Both the position numbers and the translations under genes were made by a program. 64,000 nt of DNA, from positions 124,001 through 188,000 of IMG/VR virus record IMGVR_UViG_3300020438_000007; one strand, written 5' to 3'. How positions within the stretch are numbered: position 1 is the first letter of the stretch; every line of letters starts with the position of its first letter. The notes below the pieces were generated by a model, which did not search any database, was not told where the DNA came from, and saw only the letters and a program-made list of their open reading frames with translations. This document shows positions 12,101 through 24,200 of this stretch, piece by piece.

Positions 12101-13655
12101 CTTGGAATTGTCCGTTTACTTGATATAAAGTTAATTGTGTCGAATTACTTGAAGAAGTATATGCGTATCCTATAGCGTTACTATTTTGACCTGTAACATA
12201 GGTTGGGCATTGTACGCTTGTCCCAGTATTTAATTGTAGGTATGTGAATGTCTGAATGTCATATAGAGATGTCTCAAACACGGTAGAAGAGTCTGCATAT
12301 CCAACATTCTTCAACTTCATGTCATAAACTCTAGCAACACCTATCTGTTCACCATTTGATGTACCAACAGTAGAAGTTCTTTCATTGAATAGTTTTACAT
12401 AAGAACTTGTACTGATACCAATTAGAGGAGAACCATAAACGTTGTTTACTTCAATTTGTCTACCAACACTAAACGGTAAAGACTCATTGATAATCCTTGC
12501 AGTATCTCTTGGTTTAGGAACATCAACAGTAGTTGTGTTGAGTGTTTCAATCTCATATCCTTTGACGTATGCCTTGCCAGGTCCGATAGACAAGCACATT
12601 AAATCCTCAGTAGGAACATTACCCTGCTGAGTTAATTGGTTTGGATAAAATGCACCATCATTTCCTACTCTGTCATTAAGACACTCCTTAGCTGCGAGAG
12701 GGAATGGGTTCACATAGTAGTGACCAGATTCATCATATGTTCTTCTTGCAAGTTCGTCACGAAGCAAGTTGTAGTTATCAGCGCCAGGTTTTACGAATTT
12801 TTGTAGAACGCCATCTACAACTCTCATCAATTCTACGAAATTCTCATCATTCAAATCTGTGAGAGACTTCTTGATTAAGGTTGTTGATAGTTTGAATCTA
12901 TCTGCACCAGGCGCTGCAAAGTTTGAGAAACCTCTTGCATTGTCATACAAGTCGTTATCTGATGCAGATGCAGTTACAAGTTCTTCCTTGATTAAAAGAC
13001 CAATTCTATATGATGGTTGATTGCTATATTGGTCTAAGACTACTGTAGCATCACCAACGGTAACAAAGAAACCTCTGAGGAAATAGACACCTTGGGCAAT
13101 CTTTGCTGCAGCACCTGTAGCAACTGCATTTGATATAAGTGTTGTTGCAAAACTAGCTCCCTGTCTGATACTAGACAGAGAATAATTCATATCCTCTTCT
13201 AATATAAGATTTTCACCATCCGCAAAAGTTTTTCTTGAAAAATCAGTATCACTAGAACTGTTATACTTGATATAAAGAGTATATGATCCTTTGACTGACG
13301 TTCTATTTGTAATATATGTTTCTACTTTAGCGGTAACACCACTAGTCTCACCTTTAATTTTTTTACCTACCAAGTTGTCTAGGTAGACAGAAACAGGGAT
13401 ACCTAAGTGACTGTCATCGATCTGAACACAAGTGTATTCGTTATCGTATGCAATCTGGCCTGGTATAACAACAGAACCTTCTTTGAAGAAGTGCTTACCA
13501 AATTTTTCAACCTGATTCTGTAGAATAGATTGAAGTGTTGTGAGTTCCCTAGACTGTACAGGTAAGCCTGGTTTGAATAGTACCCTTTGATAATTTTTTA
13601 AATCATTAAAATCATCGAAGTATGGAGATGAATTTAAGTTGGTATTTTGTGGCAT
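6138..13655 (-). CDS. DUF4815/VrlC-like large virion structural protein (2505 aa)
   Basis: N-terminus MPQNTNLNSSPYFDDF...YQRVLFKPGLPVQSRELTTLQSILQ matches the DUF4815-type protein that follows gp8 in cyanomyoviruses. Confidence 0.8.
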   Translation of the reverse strand: MPQNTNLNSSPYFDDFNDLKNYQRVLFKPGLPVQSRELTTLQSILQNQVEKFGKHFFKEGSVVIPGQIAYDNEYTCVQIDDSHLGIPVSVYLDNLVGKKIKGETSGVTAKVETYITNRTSVKGSYTLYIKYNSSSDTDFSRKTFADGENLILEEDMNYSLSSIRQGASFATTLISNAVATGAAAKIAQGVYFLRGFFVTVGDATVVLDQYSNQPSYRIGLLIKEELVTASASDNDLYDNARGFSNFAAPGADRFKLSTTLIKKSLTDLNDENFVELMRVVDGVLQKFVKPGADNYNLLRDELARRTYDESGHYYVNPFPLAAKECLNDRVGNDGAFYPNQLTQQGNVPTEDLMCLSIGPGKAYVKGYEIETLNTTTVDVPKPRDTARIINESLPFSVGRQIEVNNVYGSPLIGISTSSYVKLFNERTSTVGTSNGEQIGVARVYDMKLKNVGYADSSTVFETSLYDIQTFTYLQLNTGTSVQCPTYVTGQNSNAIGYAYTSSSNSTQLTLYQVNGQFQVGEELFFNGFTANRSVTEVEDYGVEDIKQLVSNDPTNYPFTADPVLGLGHLIAPVATQFTVSAKSGAASTITSPSASFVNSGIKTGDIIQYSISGNSVPTFSRVTAATAVAISLEATTDVENVCSGTLPTSAVSANDLFKVTLEVQNNSSAFLFSELSKPNIASVDLNGADIIFKKSYNVTVSSNAFSGTLETDADLTLEPFDEEDYNLTFKTTGKVESLTDQKLTVSGRTATLSGLDNASGPAVLTVTWKKVNVKPKSKVFKRATTYTLTNSSKTQSGTGLMKLNDGLTYDTTFGNRVQDERISLGVCDVAEVLAVLESSSASDPQFPILQLTNLNSNILNAVVGENIVGKTSGASAVFVTTNGSNEVSFVSQNENAFEIGEEIVFEETKVSGVVQTFIPGDRDIKNNYEFDPGQRLDYVDFSALVKKSGTEAPTRRITIVYNNFVIDASDPGDFVTVNSYEKKYYKGALPFIGTTPISDIIDLRPRVVSTVAGKAPWEFDARQFNPGTSSSSHVLAKDKSLNLSYEYYLGRIDKLFLSKEGFFTLSQGVPSELPKLPNTIDNALEVATIELPPYLYDPAEAEITIARHKRFQMKDIASIENRIKNIEYYTSLSLLEVETTNMSLRDPQTNLDRFKSGFFVDNFKSVTGGDVGNSAYKASVDAAEGRLRPQHYTTSIDLLLGSEAIVGAATSSNPTADYRFVEDLGDSNVKRIGDVVCLNYSDTVFLENKFATRIENVNPFAVVNWIGQVELNPGTDTWIETRRTAATYDIEGSFNSTMGITGADSNTGLSPVDWGSWETTWTGQSSSTGPTLFRSKKSKKTGKKRRRGKFRRGRGIPVTTTTNFRDTITKFKERTTTTTTNQTRQGIQFRVGERFDTTSLGDKVVNTEVLATMRSRNIEFICRRLKPNTRLYPFFDSIDMQKYVIPKLIEITMISGTFGAGEVIEGSRPNTNNDAIRFRLANQNHKYGPYNNPSQVYKQNPYDPASSISSTYSSTTTLLNVDTASLELQAASGFYGYITTGMKLIGQSSGAIASVNSIRLITDKAGALLGSLFLPDPTVPSAPSFNTGTKTFTLSSSLTNSTISGFTDSSGEANFTSSGTLQTVEASTLRMRNADVQRIPQSSDRTLSSTSSRLVVKNTFKNRSTSQTRWVDPLAQSFEVPDVNGVFLTKCEVYFRAKDTNQLPVTLQVRTLQTGLPTQEILPFGESILDPDEVVISEDGSKATTFTFPAPVYCEGGGEFAIVLLSASNEYFVFISRMGEEDITTLNADDSEKIIVSQQPLLGSLFKSQNGATWDPSQLEDLKFNLFRANFTSTSGRVNFYNPDLEVGNRQIVSLANNPIDMLSYNAVIGLGKSLTASEQAGLTEGTTIYQQANPNFSANLNKVLGAIGVGSDLTITSGGSGFSATPVVYSNVPVVSQFGKGTGATVNLTVDNRVAVAATVAIGGTGYSAGDVLTVSATNTGGFGKDLRLSIPNNVGVISAFNTLVLDNIQGIPKVDSSSAIVYVGGSGTSVVNGGSIQYLQNVTDGLHFRVRHSNHGMYSQEDNVILSGVEADVKPEKLTSTVNSSSTEDMTVTAVGIFTSFENIEVNSSNPGYVKVGNEIIKYTGVTTTTSTLNNITRSIDDSKAGDYNINDKIYKYELNGVSLRRVNTSHSFIPTDNTKYPIDVDHYWIKVGLSSRGVDRATGNANGFPELFFKENKSGGSYDQQYVQVGNFDGPMATQNIAFNIVRPNVATLLPEGTDIDAKIRTFSGNSPDGNLKSFVDQGYESVSLQSNNVLSTPRIVASKNNELAKLTDFPGRKSFTLQANLSTDDSKVSPMIDLDRVNMITIMDRLNSKIDNYATDRRVNSLNNDPSAAVYLSKVVNLEKSADGLKVMFDAYKHSTNDIRVLYRIFRIDAPPEYQLFELFPGFENLDSNGNVIDQAKNNGKPDRRILASQTEDDYKEYEFNVKNLPQFNGFQIKIIMSGTNFAFVPKIRDLRTIASI

Positions 13656-13661
13656 TTGTCT

Positions 13662-15257
13662 TTAGAACTCCAGTACTATCTTGATGTCTTCCTTCTGACT
13701 TGCAGATCTAGGAATCGCAGTCCGATTATCAATATAGATAATTTCACCTGATTTGGTATTGAATTCCGCTGATGAAATACCAGAAGTAAAACTCATACCT
13801 AATTGGTAGGTCTTATTATTTATTGAGGTACTGACACCGTTATATGAGGTGTCAACAGACAACAACGAACCGTTTACTGATGATCCATTAATCGTTACAC
13901 CGTACCCTGTATCAGGAATAGAAGTAAATGGAACAATCTTGTATCCAGTTTCACTAGAAGCAAGACCCATTGGTTGATAATACTTCAACACTCCAGTAAC
14001 TTTATCCCAAGAAGCAACATATCCAATCGCAGTAGAACCAACACCAACCGTCTGTGTGATTTCAGAGTCAACAGCATAGGTTGTTGCAGTAGTCATACCA
14101 CCAAGTTTCAAAGCTTTTAATCCACTCACCATTGCAGTGTCTAGCAATTCTGTGCTACTGCCAAATACGGTGGGATTCTTTATTAGTCCAACCCTAGCAA
14201 AATCATTACCCTCAATGATATCGGGGTTAGTTTCTAGAGTTTCAAATCTAGAATAGAGTAGTGCTCTGTACGCACCAAGTTCCCTGTAGATGTCATGTCC
14301 ATGACCACCCTTCGGAGGAATGATGACACTAAAGTCTGCTACCGATGTCGTTCCGATACCTGTATTGGTAAGGTTAGCAAGTACTCCGCCAGACTGACTG
14401 CCTGGAGCGCCTGGGAAAAACTGGATGGATCCATGAGTGTATCCTTCTCCTCCATCAGTAACAAATACTTCAGATACTTTTCCGAAAGAGTCAATCGTAA
14501 TAGTAGCCTTTCCTCCTGCCCCATCTCCCAGAATGGGAACATTTGCAAAGGATGTTGAGATCGGTTGGTAGTTAGAACCTCTATTATCAACCACAACCAC
14601 TTCAATCTTTCCATCTATAGAATTAGCTTTTGTTGCGACAGTCTCGCCTTGTTTGCCCCAGTCTTCGGGCACTGGTATGTATTCAATAGAGTCAAATTTA
14701 ACAATTTCACTAGGTTTAATTGTGTAAAGATATTTCCAAACATAACCATCGCCACTAGTGCCAGCTGCTCTTGGCTCAAGGTCAACAAATGTGGGTTGGT
14801 CATATGAAGGCCTACCCTTCGGGTTCTCTGGGTCTGATCCATTTTGTAGACAGATGTAAACTTTCAGGTCTTCGTTCACTATGTAGTAATTTGCATCGTA
14901 CAGACTACCTTGACTAGTAATAGGTGTCAGATTATAGATGTTATAATCATGTCTATACATTTCATATGTAGTACCCGCCACCCATGAAACTTTTCTGACA
15001 AGTCTGCGAACATCTTTATCAGTCACCTTTTTCATCGCAATGATAGATTCTTTGATGGAATACTCTTCCTCAAATCCATCCAACGGTGCTGGCGTATTTG
15101 TAGCCCATGTGGCAGTACCGCCCGCCTTCGATTCAACGGAATTGGGTAATCCCATGAACGCATAATATTTGTTAACAGTAGATCCTACTCCAACAAAACT
15201 TTTTACAAAAGTCTCGGCGTTCAGAATCCTAAACTGTTCGGATATAATAGCAGGCAT
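13662..15257 (-). CDS. gp8: Baseplate wedge subunit gp8 (531 aa)
   Basis: Motifs W..GTTYEMY, VYICLQNG, DGYVWKYLYTI and C-terminal SGEIIYIDNR...QKEDIKIVLEF. Confidence 0.9.
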   Translation of the reverse strand: MPAIISEQFRILNAETFVKSFVGVGSTVNKYYAFMGLPNSVESKAGGTATWATNTPAPLDGFEEEYSIKESIIAMKKVTDKDVRRLVRKVSWVAGTTYEMYRHDYNIYNLTPITSQGSLYDANYYIVNEDLKVYICLQNGSDPENPKGRPSYDQPTFVDLEPRAAGTSGDGYVWKYLYTIKPSEIVKFDSIEYIPVPEDWGKQGETVATKANSIDGKIEVVVVDNRGSNYQPISTSFANVPILGDGAGGKATITIDSFGKVSEVFVTDGGEGYTHGSIQFFPGAPGSQSGGVLANLTNTGIGTTSVADFSVIIPPKGGHGHDIYRELGAYRALLYSRFETLETNPDIIEGNDFARVGLIKNPTVFGSSTELLDTAMVSGLKALKLGGMTTATTYAVDSEITQTVGVGSTAIGYVASWDKVTGVLKYYQPMGLASSETGYKIVPFTSIPDTGYGVTINGSSVNGSLLSVDTSYNGVSTSINNKTYQLGMSFTSGISSAEFNTKSGEIIYIDNRTAIPRSASQKEDIKIVLEF

Positions 15258-15281
15258 TTTAAAAAAACTAGTCTTTAGGTC

Positions 15282-15288
15282 TATTTAG
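15282..15288 (-). promoter_or_regulatory. Late promoter (CTAAATA)
   Basis: In the gap upstream of gp8. Confidence 0.65.
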
Positions 15289-15291
15289 TGG

Positions 15292-18200
15292 TTAAGTTAG
15301 TGGTTTCTTTCTGGAGACCACCGCAGCAGTGGATAATCCAACATTTCCATTCATAGGATTGACAAGGAAACTTGTAGGATTACCAGCACCACGATTCTGA
15401 TATCCAAGTAATTTACCCCAACTATATTTACCCCAGAAAGTATCAGTAGTTGCCGTTGTGCCAACACCAACTTGAATTGTATTATTTCCGTAAGGGGTAG
15501 GACCTGGTTGGAAAGCACATGTAACTGTGACCAAACCAGAGATCGCATCACCTGTTGTGATCTGTTCAACTCTGAACACACCACCAAGATAATCACCAGA
15601 AGTTACCATACCGACAGGTTGATTTGCACCACTTGAGGTTGTTATACCAGTCAATGCGTGGCCAACAACTAATGAACTATCGTAGATAGTAAAGAAGTCT
15701 CCCTTCTCAAGTCCACTGAAGTTAACTCCAAGAGAGTTGAGTGAGGAATATCCATAACCCAAATTAGTATTATCATTGAACTGAGACTTAAGAGTAAAAG
15801 CCAATCTTGGTAATACACTTGCAGAACCTGGCAACCATGTATTTATTCCTACAATGTCGCCAAAATCACCTTCCGCATCAACAGAGAATAAATCTTCTCT
15901 CTTAGTTGCATCTGACTGTACAATAACTGGAGGACTACTTCCTACTCTGTAACCGAATCCACCATCAGTAATGTTGATAGATGTAATTACACCAGCGGTT
16001 ACGGATGCAGTTGCAGTTGCTCTATTGATAACTGGGTCTGCATAGAAGTTTGTAGTTCCAGAACCAACAACGATAACTCTTGTACTTGCAAAATCACCAT
16101 AAGGTGTTTGAACAAGATCACGAATTTCATTAGGTTGAGTAACAACTCTCTTGTTCCAGTTTGCAAGGTCAAAGGAATAATAAAGATCACCAACTGTGGA
16201 AATACCAACATAGAAGTTATCAAAGAACTTAATCTTAGCAAAGTCAAAGGTAGCAGGGTGAACTGTTCCAGCAGGCAACTGTTGACTCCAAGGTTGCCAG
16301 AAGTTCTTATCGGTTGAAATACCAATAGTACCATTGTCACCTACAACGATGAATTTATTACCATCATAGATGATGTCATTTAAGTCAAAGACAGTATTAC
16401 TTGTCTTATCTCCCCATCCTGTTCCATCATTAGATGCAAGAATTACACCACCATTACCAACGGCAACATATTCTGACTGTCCATAACAAACCGCATTTAG
16501 ATTTTGTAATGTTCCTGAGAATTGACTGAACGCATCTGCGGTTGTAAGACCAACTGCACTAAAGATAGATCCAGCAGCACCAACAGCAACCCATGTGTTT
16601 CTACTTCCTTCCCAGATAACATCATTGAAATGTCCTGTGTAGGTACTGTCTAGTGTTTGAACTTGACCAATAGCAGGTATTTGTCTCTGTTCTAGTAGAT
16701 TGATAGGAGTCCATGAACCGATACTGTTACCGATTGAAACTCCTCTTGCCATAGATGCAAACTCACCCACAGCCATAACATTTACATTACCAGTTGCACT
16801 GTTACCAACAGACACACCATTGAATGTGATAGTTCCACCAAATCCAATTCTACCTCTCTCCCAGAATGTTCCACTCTTAGTGTTCATGTAGTAACTACTT
16901 GCACCAACAGCGACATATGGATCTTCTTTGGTGATCGATTTAAACTCAATAGATGATGTAATACCAGTAATCGAATCAAACTCCCAAGCAAAGATAGGAT
17001 CTTTACGTTCAATCAATGCACTGGAAATTGCAACGGTTGGATTTGAGATTTTATATCCAGTTCCTTCATCAACTATATTTAAAGAAGATATACTAGATGA
17101 TGTAGAAACAATAGATGTAACAACGCCTGGAGAGATCTCACTATCCTCAAAGATTTGAACATCTCTCTCAGATTGAACTAACAAATCAATCGCATTGAAT
17201 ACAGGGAAAGCATTGTTGACATAAATTTTGTCATCCAACTCCCCAACGTTCTTAATAATTCTAGTTGTAGGAAGAACCTTACTCTTCAAGCCTGGTCTTG
17301 CTTTCGAGATTAGAACACCAGAGAGAATTTGATCTTGTCTTTGCTTCTCCCAAGAAAGTGGTCTTTCTGCAGCGGTGTTAGTGTCAATACCGATACTATC
17401 GTAAGAGAATGTTTCAAGAACATCGGAAGCAACGATTCTCTTACCTGTTCTCGCAAACTGATCAATGTCAGCAGGGTTGAGTTTGTTCTCTTTGATTTGA
17501 ACAATATCACCAGCCTTAACAGATGAAACTGGTTCAACAGTTTCAACGTCTCTCGCAGATCCTCTAAAGTAGAATACAGAACATTTAGAATTTGGTTTTG
17601 GTGCTTCAGAGAAGATGACTCTACTACCCTTAAATGTATAAGAAGACTGTGGAGTCTGTAAAATATCATTGATGTAGATAAAGATATTGTTTGTGATATC
17701 CATATCACTACCAGGCAGAGTCTTAAGACTTAAGATTTCAGTAACACCACTGGTTGTAACAGATAATGTGAACTTTGTACGAGAACCATTGAAGAATGAA
17801 GCGATATCATCAAACAGAATAAATTGGCCTGGATAGAATCCTGAGAATGTATCATTCTCAAGTTCTTGGACTGTTAATTGGAATTCAGTTAAAACACCAA
17901 CTCTAGGGTTAGTTGCAATACCAGAAACAGTTAGAACCTCATCAACTTTGTATGCTGTACCTTCTTCACGAAGCTCAAATTCACCAATGTTTCCGTCTAC
18001 ATTAATACGGAAGTTAACAACTGCATTTGTTCCGAGTCCAGAATTACCAGAAATGTATTCTAAGTCTCTATTAAAGTATCCAGCTGGTTCTGTAATATCA
18101 AGGAATACTGGTTTGTCAATTCTACCGCCTCTCTTGAAGAGTGCGATTTCAGTTGTAAGTCCAGCATTCACTCTAAACTTACCAGCGTCAATTTTTTCAA

Positions 18201-21200
18201 TGACATCAAATCCAGAGAATCCAATCTCATTAGAAGCAGCGACTCTCTTACCCTGTTGTGAAATACCACCTCTTGCATAGTTGTGATCTACTGTTGAGAT
18301 ACCAACATTTACAACGTAAGTGTGATCGTCAATAATCTTATCAACAAATGTACCGCCAGCTGCGAAGTCCTCACTACTTGGAGAGTTGTTTCTAAGCCTA
18401 GGTGCAAGAATAACACCTTGAATCTTACCACCACCATTATAGAAACTAGGTGTTGTTGAAGGTCCTACTTGAATCTCAATATTTTGATTATCAATAACTC
18501 TATTAACGATTGAACCATTGTAATAAGGATCACCACCTTTAGGATATACATGCGCTGTTGCATAACCGTCCTTAGAACATGTGAAGTATATCGACTCATT
18601 CTTCAACTTGACATTTCTAGGAGCCCCAGCTGCGGTTGTAATACCATGAGCAGTAGGTAAGAACATAGTCATGATACCTACCACATCATTATAATCTGCA
18701 TGGTTGATGTTGTACTCTACTCTAGTAGAGACTCCAACGTTTACAGTTACGTTGTTTGCAGTTACAGCAGTTGGATATAGAGATGTATTGTGTGCAGGGT
18801 CAGTAACACGAGGATATGCGTGTTCAGTAGAGTTCTGATCCATTGTGCATGTGTACACAAATCCATTTGTCGCCAAACCTACAGAAGTTGTAGTTGACAA
18901 TCCATGAGACGAATCAGTCGTCATAGTTACCAATCCACTATTAGGATCGTAAGTAGCGTTACTTATGTTGAACTTAACTCTTGATGTAATACCAACATTC
19001 ATTGTGAATGTGTCAAGAGTTGAAGAAACAATACCAACCTCTACATCGTGAATAGGATCAGTGGTTCTAGGATATGTGTGATCAGTTGCATAGTTATCCT
19101 GAGCACATCTCCATGTGTAAGAGTTAGTAGAAAGACCAACTGTATCTCTTGCAATCAACAGTGAATCTAAGTCTGCATTTTCAAAAGTATGAATATAATT
19201 ACCGCCACTGATAACTGAACTTGTACCAGCAGAAACAAAGATGTGTTCTGTTTGATTAGATGATTTACCTACATCCAGAGTGATAGTAGTATCTGTTGTA
19301 GAAGTAATCTTAACAGAAGTGTTATAAGCAGGATCTGGACCAGATATACCACTTGCCCTTGGGTAGAAGTGATTTGTCGCATGATTATCTAAGGCACAAG
19401 TGAATTTGAATCCCCTTGTTTTGAGTTTTACACCAGTTCCTTTTTTCAGTGTATGAGACCCAATATCTACAGTCATCAACCCTGTAAATGGATCATAAGA
19501 TCCACTTGTAGGATCGTGATAAACAAGAGGTGATGTTCCTACATTGACACTAAAGTTAGTTTCATCAATACCTGTTACAGATAACCACTTTTGATCTGAT
19601 GGATCTTTTGCTCTTGGGTAACTCTTGACGCTCTGTCTCTGATTCATCAGACATCTGAATCTGATAGAATCTCTCTTAAAGTTGACTCTATTACCAGTAA
19701 TCATTCCATGAGATTGATTAGTGGTGACTGTCATAATACCACTACCAGCATCGTAGGTTGCAAACTGAATTCTCTTATCGTCGTATGCACCATTAAGACC
19801 ATGAACGTTGGAGAACACAGTCATAATACCTGTGTTAGGTGTATATGCAGCAGTAGCAATACCGTAGTTTACGATTGTGGATACACCAACATTAATTGTG
19901 AGTGTGGTTGCTGACGTAGAACCGATACCCACAGAAACGTTACCACCAATAGGATCGTAGGAACGAGGATAAGCATGTTCTGTAGCATGATCGTCTCTGT
20001 CACATGTGAATATAATAGAACCTGTATTGATACCAACAGTGTTTCTAGCTTTCTTAAGACCACCAGTGGTTGCACTCTGGAACCAGTAAGCATTTACAAT
20101 AGTAGATACACCAACATTTACAGAGAATGTATTTACACCAACATGATAAATTGGTAACCACTCATTCAAGAATGGATCAGAGTATCTTGGATATGCCTTA
20201 GTTGCAGTATATCCATCTTGATCACACTTGAATGAAATTGATTCCAAATCAAACTTGACATATTCACCAGCAACAAAACCATGATTAGATATGGTTGGTT
20301 CTAGTACACCAGTACTAGAATTATACGTTGCCGTCGAAATTGTATGAGCCGAATCATTGATATAAGAGTGTCCAGCACCCACTGTCATTGTCAACTCACC
20401 TGTTGCAGGGTTGTAGACTGATGTGGAGATACCACGTTCTCTGATTGTAGATACACCGACTCTTATTTCAAAAGTGTCAGTTGTTACAGAAACGATACCA
20501 ACATTAAGGTTGTTGATAGGGTCTGTAGGACGAGGATATGCGTGAACAGTTGCATAATTATCTTTAGCACACTTGAATGATATTCCACCAGTTACAACAC
20601 TAACTTTTTGAGTAGGTCTTTGAATTGCACCAGTAGTAGAATTTTGATACCAGTATGGAGTGTAGTCACCACCACCAGTGATCATTGCATCTGTACCAAT
20701 GCCAGACAAATTATATGGGTAGGCACCACCAGCAATAACAGCATCTACCGCAACACCCTGATTGGGAACAAAAGCGTACATCTGTGATGAAGTTGTAGGT
20801 CCTACATTCACAGTAAAGAGTGTTCCAGCAGCACCAACTAAGGTTACAGTTTTTTCGTAATATGGGTCACTTGGTCTTGGATAGAAGTGTTTTGTTTGAT
20901 AAAAATCTTGGTCACATTTGAATACGATAGATCCAGGCTTAAATTTGATTGACTCTCCAACTTGGAAGTCATGAAGTCTGTCAAGAGAGACAGTCATGAT
21001 ACCACTCTGAGGAGTGTATGCAGCAAATCTAATATTGTACTTAACCTCTGTGGTGATACCTACTTGAGTTGTAATTGTGGTTCCAGCAACACCCAAAATA
21101 GGAACAGCAGTATCGTAAGTAGGATCTTTGGATCTTGGATAGTATTTTACAAGACTGTTTCCGTCAGCATCACAAGTAAATCCTAGTGATTCTGGTTTGA

Positions 21201-24200
21201 ATTTGAAAGTTTGTCCCGATATTAGATCATGAGATCCAATACTCATGGTCATAATACCTGTAGAGGGTGTGTAGTCCGCCCCAGACACGGTGTAATCTAT
21301 TCTAGTTGTGATACCAGCAAAGACTTCAAAAGTGTCTCCTGTGACGTTACTGATAGGAACCCAAGTATTGCTTAAAGTATCAGTAGTTCGTGGGTAATAT
21401 TTGGTTGTTGTAAATCCATCAAGTGAACATTTCCAACCTATAGAATCATTTGCAATTAAAACTTGATCACCATTTGAGAATCCATGAGTAGGAACAGTGA
21501 TAGTCAAGATACCCACAATCGGGTTGTAGTTAGCAGTTGTAAGTGAATGTTGACTAGGTCCTGATAAACCATGACCAGCCGATGTTACAATTAATGAACC
21601 AGTAGTGGGAGTGTAATCTGCATTAGTAGGAGTTAACGATCCACCACCAAGAATATTGACTGCATCAGTAACAGCACTATCAAAGATGTGTGCATAGTCT
21701 CCACCAGTCTTAATAGTCTTATCATCAGAACTTACATATGTGTGTGCATAATCACCGCCTGCGAAGGTAGATGTTGCAGTTGCACCGATGAAGGAGTGTG
21801 TATAAGGTCCTCCAGTAAGTAATGCGCCATCTACTGCACGAATAAAAGTATGATCATAGTCACCACCGTAAACTAAAGCACCATTGATTGCTTCTGAGAA
21901 TAGGTGAGTATATTGATCTTTAGGAGGTGCAGCACCAACATCTATTGAAAGTGCAGTACCAGCATAACCAGTAATAGGTAGAGATGTATCGTATGCAGTA
22001 GATCTACTTCTTGGATAGTAATGGAATCTAGAACCATTGTCTAATGAACATGTAAATGCAAGACCAGATAATATAACATCCTTAGCCACTTTGTATCCAT
22101 GAGGTGCAGCAGTAGTAACAGTCATAATTCCTGTTACGTTATTGTACTGAGCAGTTGATACACCTAATGAAGGGTCGTAGTCACAAGTAAATCCAATACC
22201 AGAAAGTATTACACAATCATCCTCTGTAAGGTTGTGTCTATCTCTAGTAAAGATAGTTGCAATACCAGATGTTTGGTCGTATTCTGCACCACCAACACGA
22301 ACAGATGGAGCACTTGCAAATGTGATTGCAATACCAGTTACGTTCACAAAATCATCAGTCTCCAATCCATGACCTTCGTAAGGTATGAATGAACCAATAC
22401 CAGCACCTACATTCGCAGTATGGATACCAGTGGTTGTCATTGCAACACCGATATTTACTTGGAAATTAAGTGTACTTGTTACACCTACAACACCAAAGTA
22501 TCTGTTTACATTTGAAGGGAATATAATATCACCAATTCCAGTACTAAATGCAATACCAGCTAACTTAACAACATTAGAAGTTGTCAATCCATGAGCAGAT
22601 GCTGAGGTAATCGTAGCGATACCAGAAGTAACGTCATAATCGACTGCATTTATATTCTTTTCGTCGCCACTCTTGTTACCAAATGCAGTAACAGTTGTAA
22701 TACCATTTACAGGAGTTCCTTCAAGGAATCCAACAGTCTTAGGAGCAAAGAATCCTGTTCCTCCTTCAACAATAGTGAAGTTGGTAACGATACCCGCTTC
22801 GGCTCTGTTTACAACACCACCACCAAAATATTGATGTGGAAATGTAGAGACACCAACAAAAGCTCTGAATGTATTTGTAGTGTGGCCACTGAGAACATCA
22901 AAACCAATAACGTTTCTACCTTCCATGATTGCGGTATCAACGCCTGCTTGCACTAATCCTCCGCTAACATAGGTCAGTGGTTGCGTGCTGACACCACAAT
23001 CTACCAATACATTATTAGCATCAATTACTTCTACAATAGGATATGCGTCTTCTCTGAATAGAGTTGTAGTTATGCCATTTGTAATTTGAACTTGTTTTAC
23101 AACTAAGCTTTTACCACTGTTAGTTGCAGTTCCAATATAGTGACCACCTGATACGCTAACAGTTGCAATACCAGTTACATAATCATATCCAAACGTGTTA
23201 ATATTTCTCAGTGCAGATATAGCAGTAAATGTAAATCCAGCACCTGTAATTCTAACTAAATCATTTTCAACAAATCCATGAGATGTGCCACCAGTAACAA
23301 ATGTACAGATACCTGTAAACTGGTTGTAATCCGCTGTGGAGATGGCAACTGCCGATCCAGCAGATGTACCCATCTGTGCAGTAATACTTGCACCAAAACC
23401 TTGTGAAGCCCTTACAGTGACCACTGGGGACTCTCTATATCCTTGACCCTTTCCTTCTAGTTGAATAAACTGAAGACTACCTGTTGATCCCACACCAACT
23501 CTTGCTGCAGCTTTCAGGGGTAAGTAATATCCTGAACCAGTTTGTAATCCAACTTTATTAATTCTTCCAGCTCTAGGAACTCCACTCAGGAAGTTAATCT
23601 TATTATCTGCATTGTCAACAACTTCAAAATCAAGACCAGGCGTTTGAACAACATTGTTAATCAAGATAAACGGATTGTTGTTAATGTCAACACCTGTGTT
23701 TACACTGTTGTATAAAGAAGTGACCACACCAAGGTTTTCAGACAAGTCAAACTGTGTGCCTGCAATACCTGTAAATTCTAGAGAAATATCATCAAGAATT
23801 ACGTTCTTATCTTTAGGATTGAATGGATCTAATTTTCTAGAGAATAATCTACCAGAAAAAGAAGAACTAGTTTTTAATCCAATAGGTCCTGCTTGACCAT
23901 ATGGTGCATCAGTAAAGAAGATGTTATCATCAACGATGTTATAGTCACCAGTAAAAACAGAATATGCAGTACCAACACCATGAGAGGTAGAAATAGTACC
24001 AAAAGCACCCCTTTCCACAACAACCTGAGATTGTGTAGATGTACTGAACACTGGATAGTATCCTACTCCAGTATTAAAGATAATGACGGAGGATATTGTT
24101 CCAACACCACTAATTACAGGAAAGAACACACCCTCTGTTAAAGGTGTGGTTGTTCCGTCGATTGTAATTTGTGGAGGATCTGTTGCAGCGTACCCTGCAC

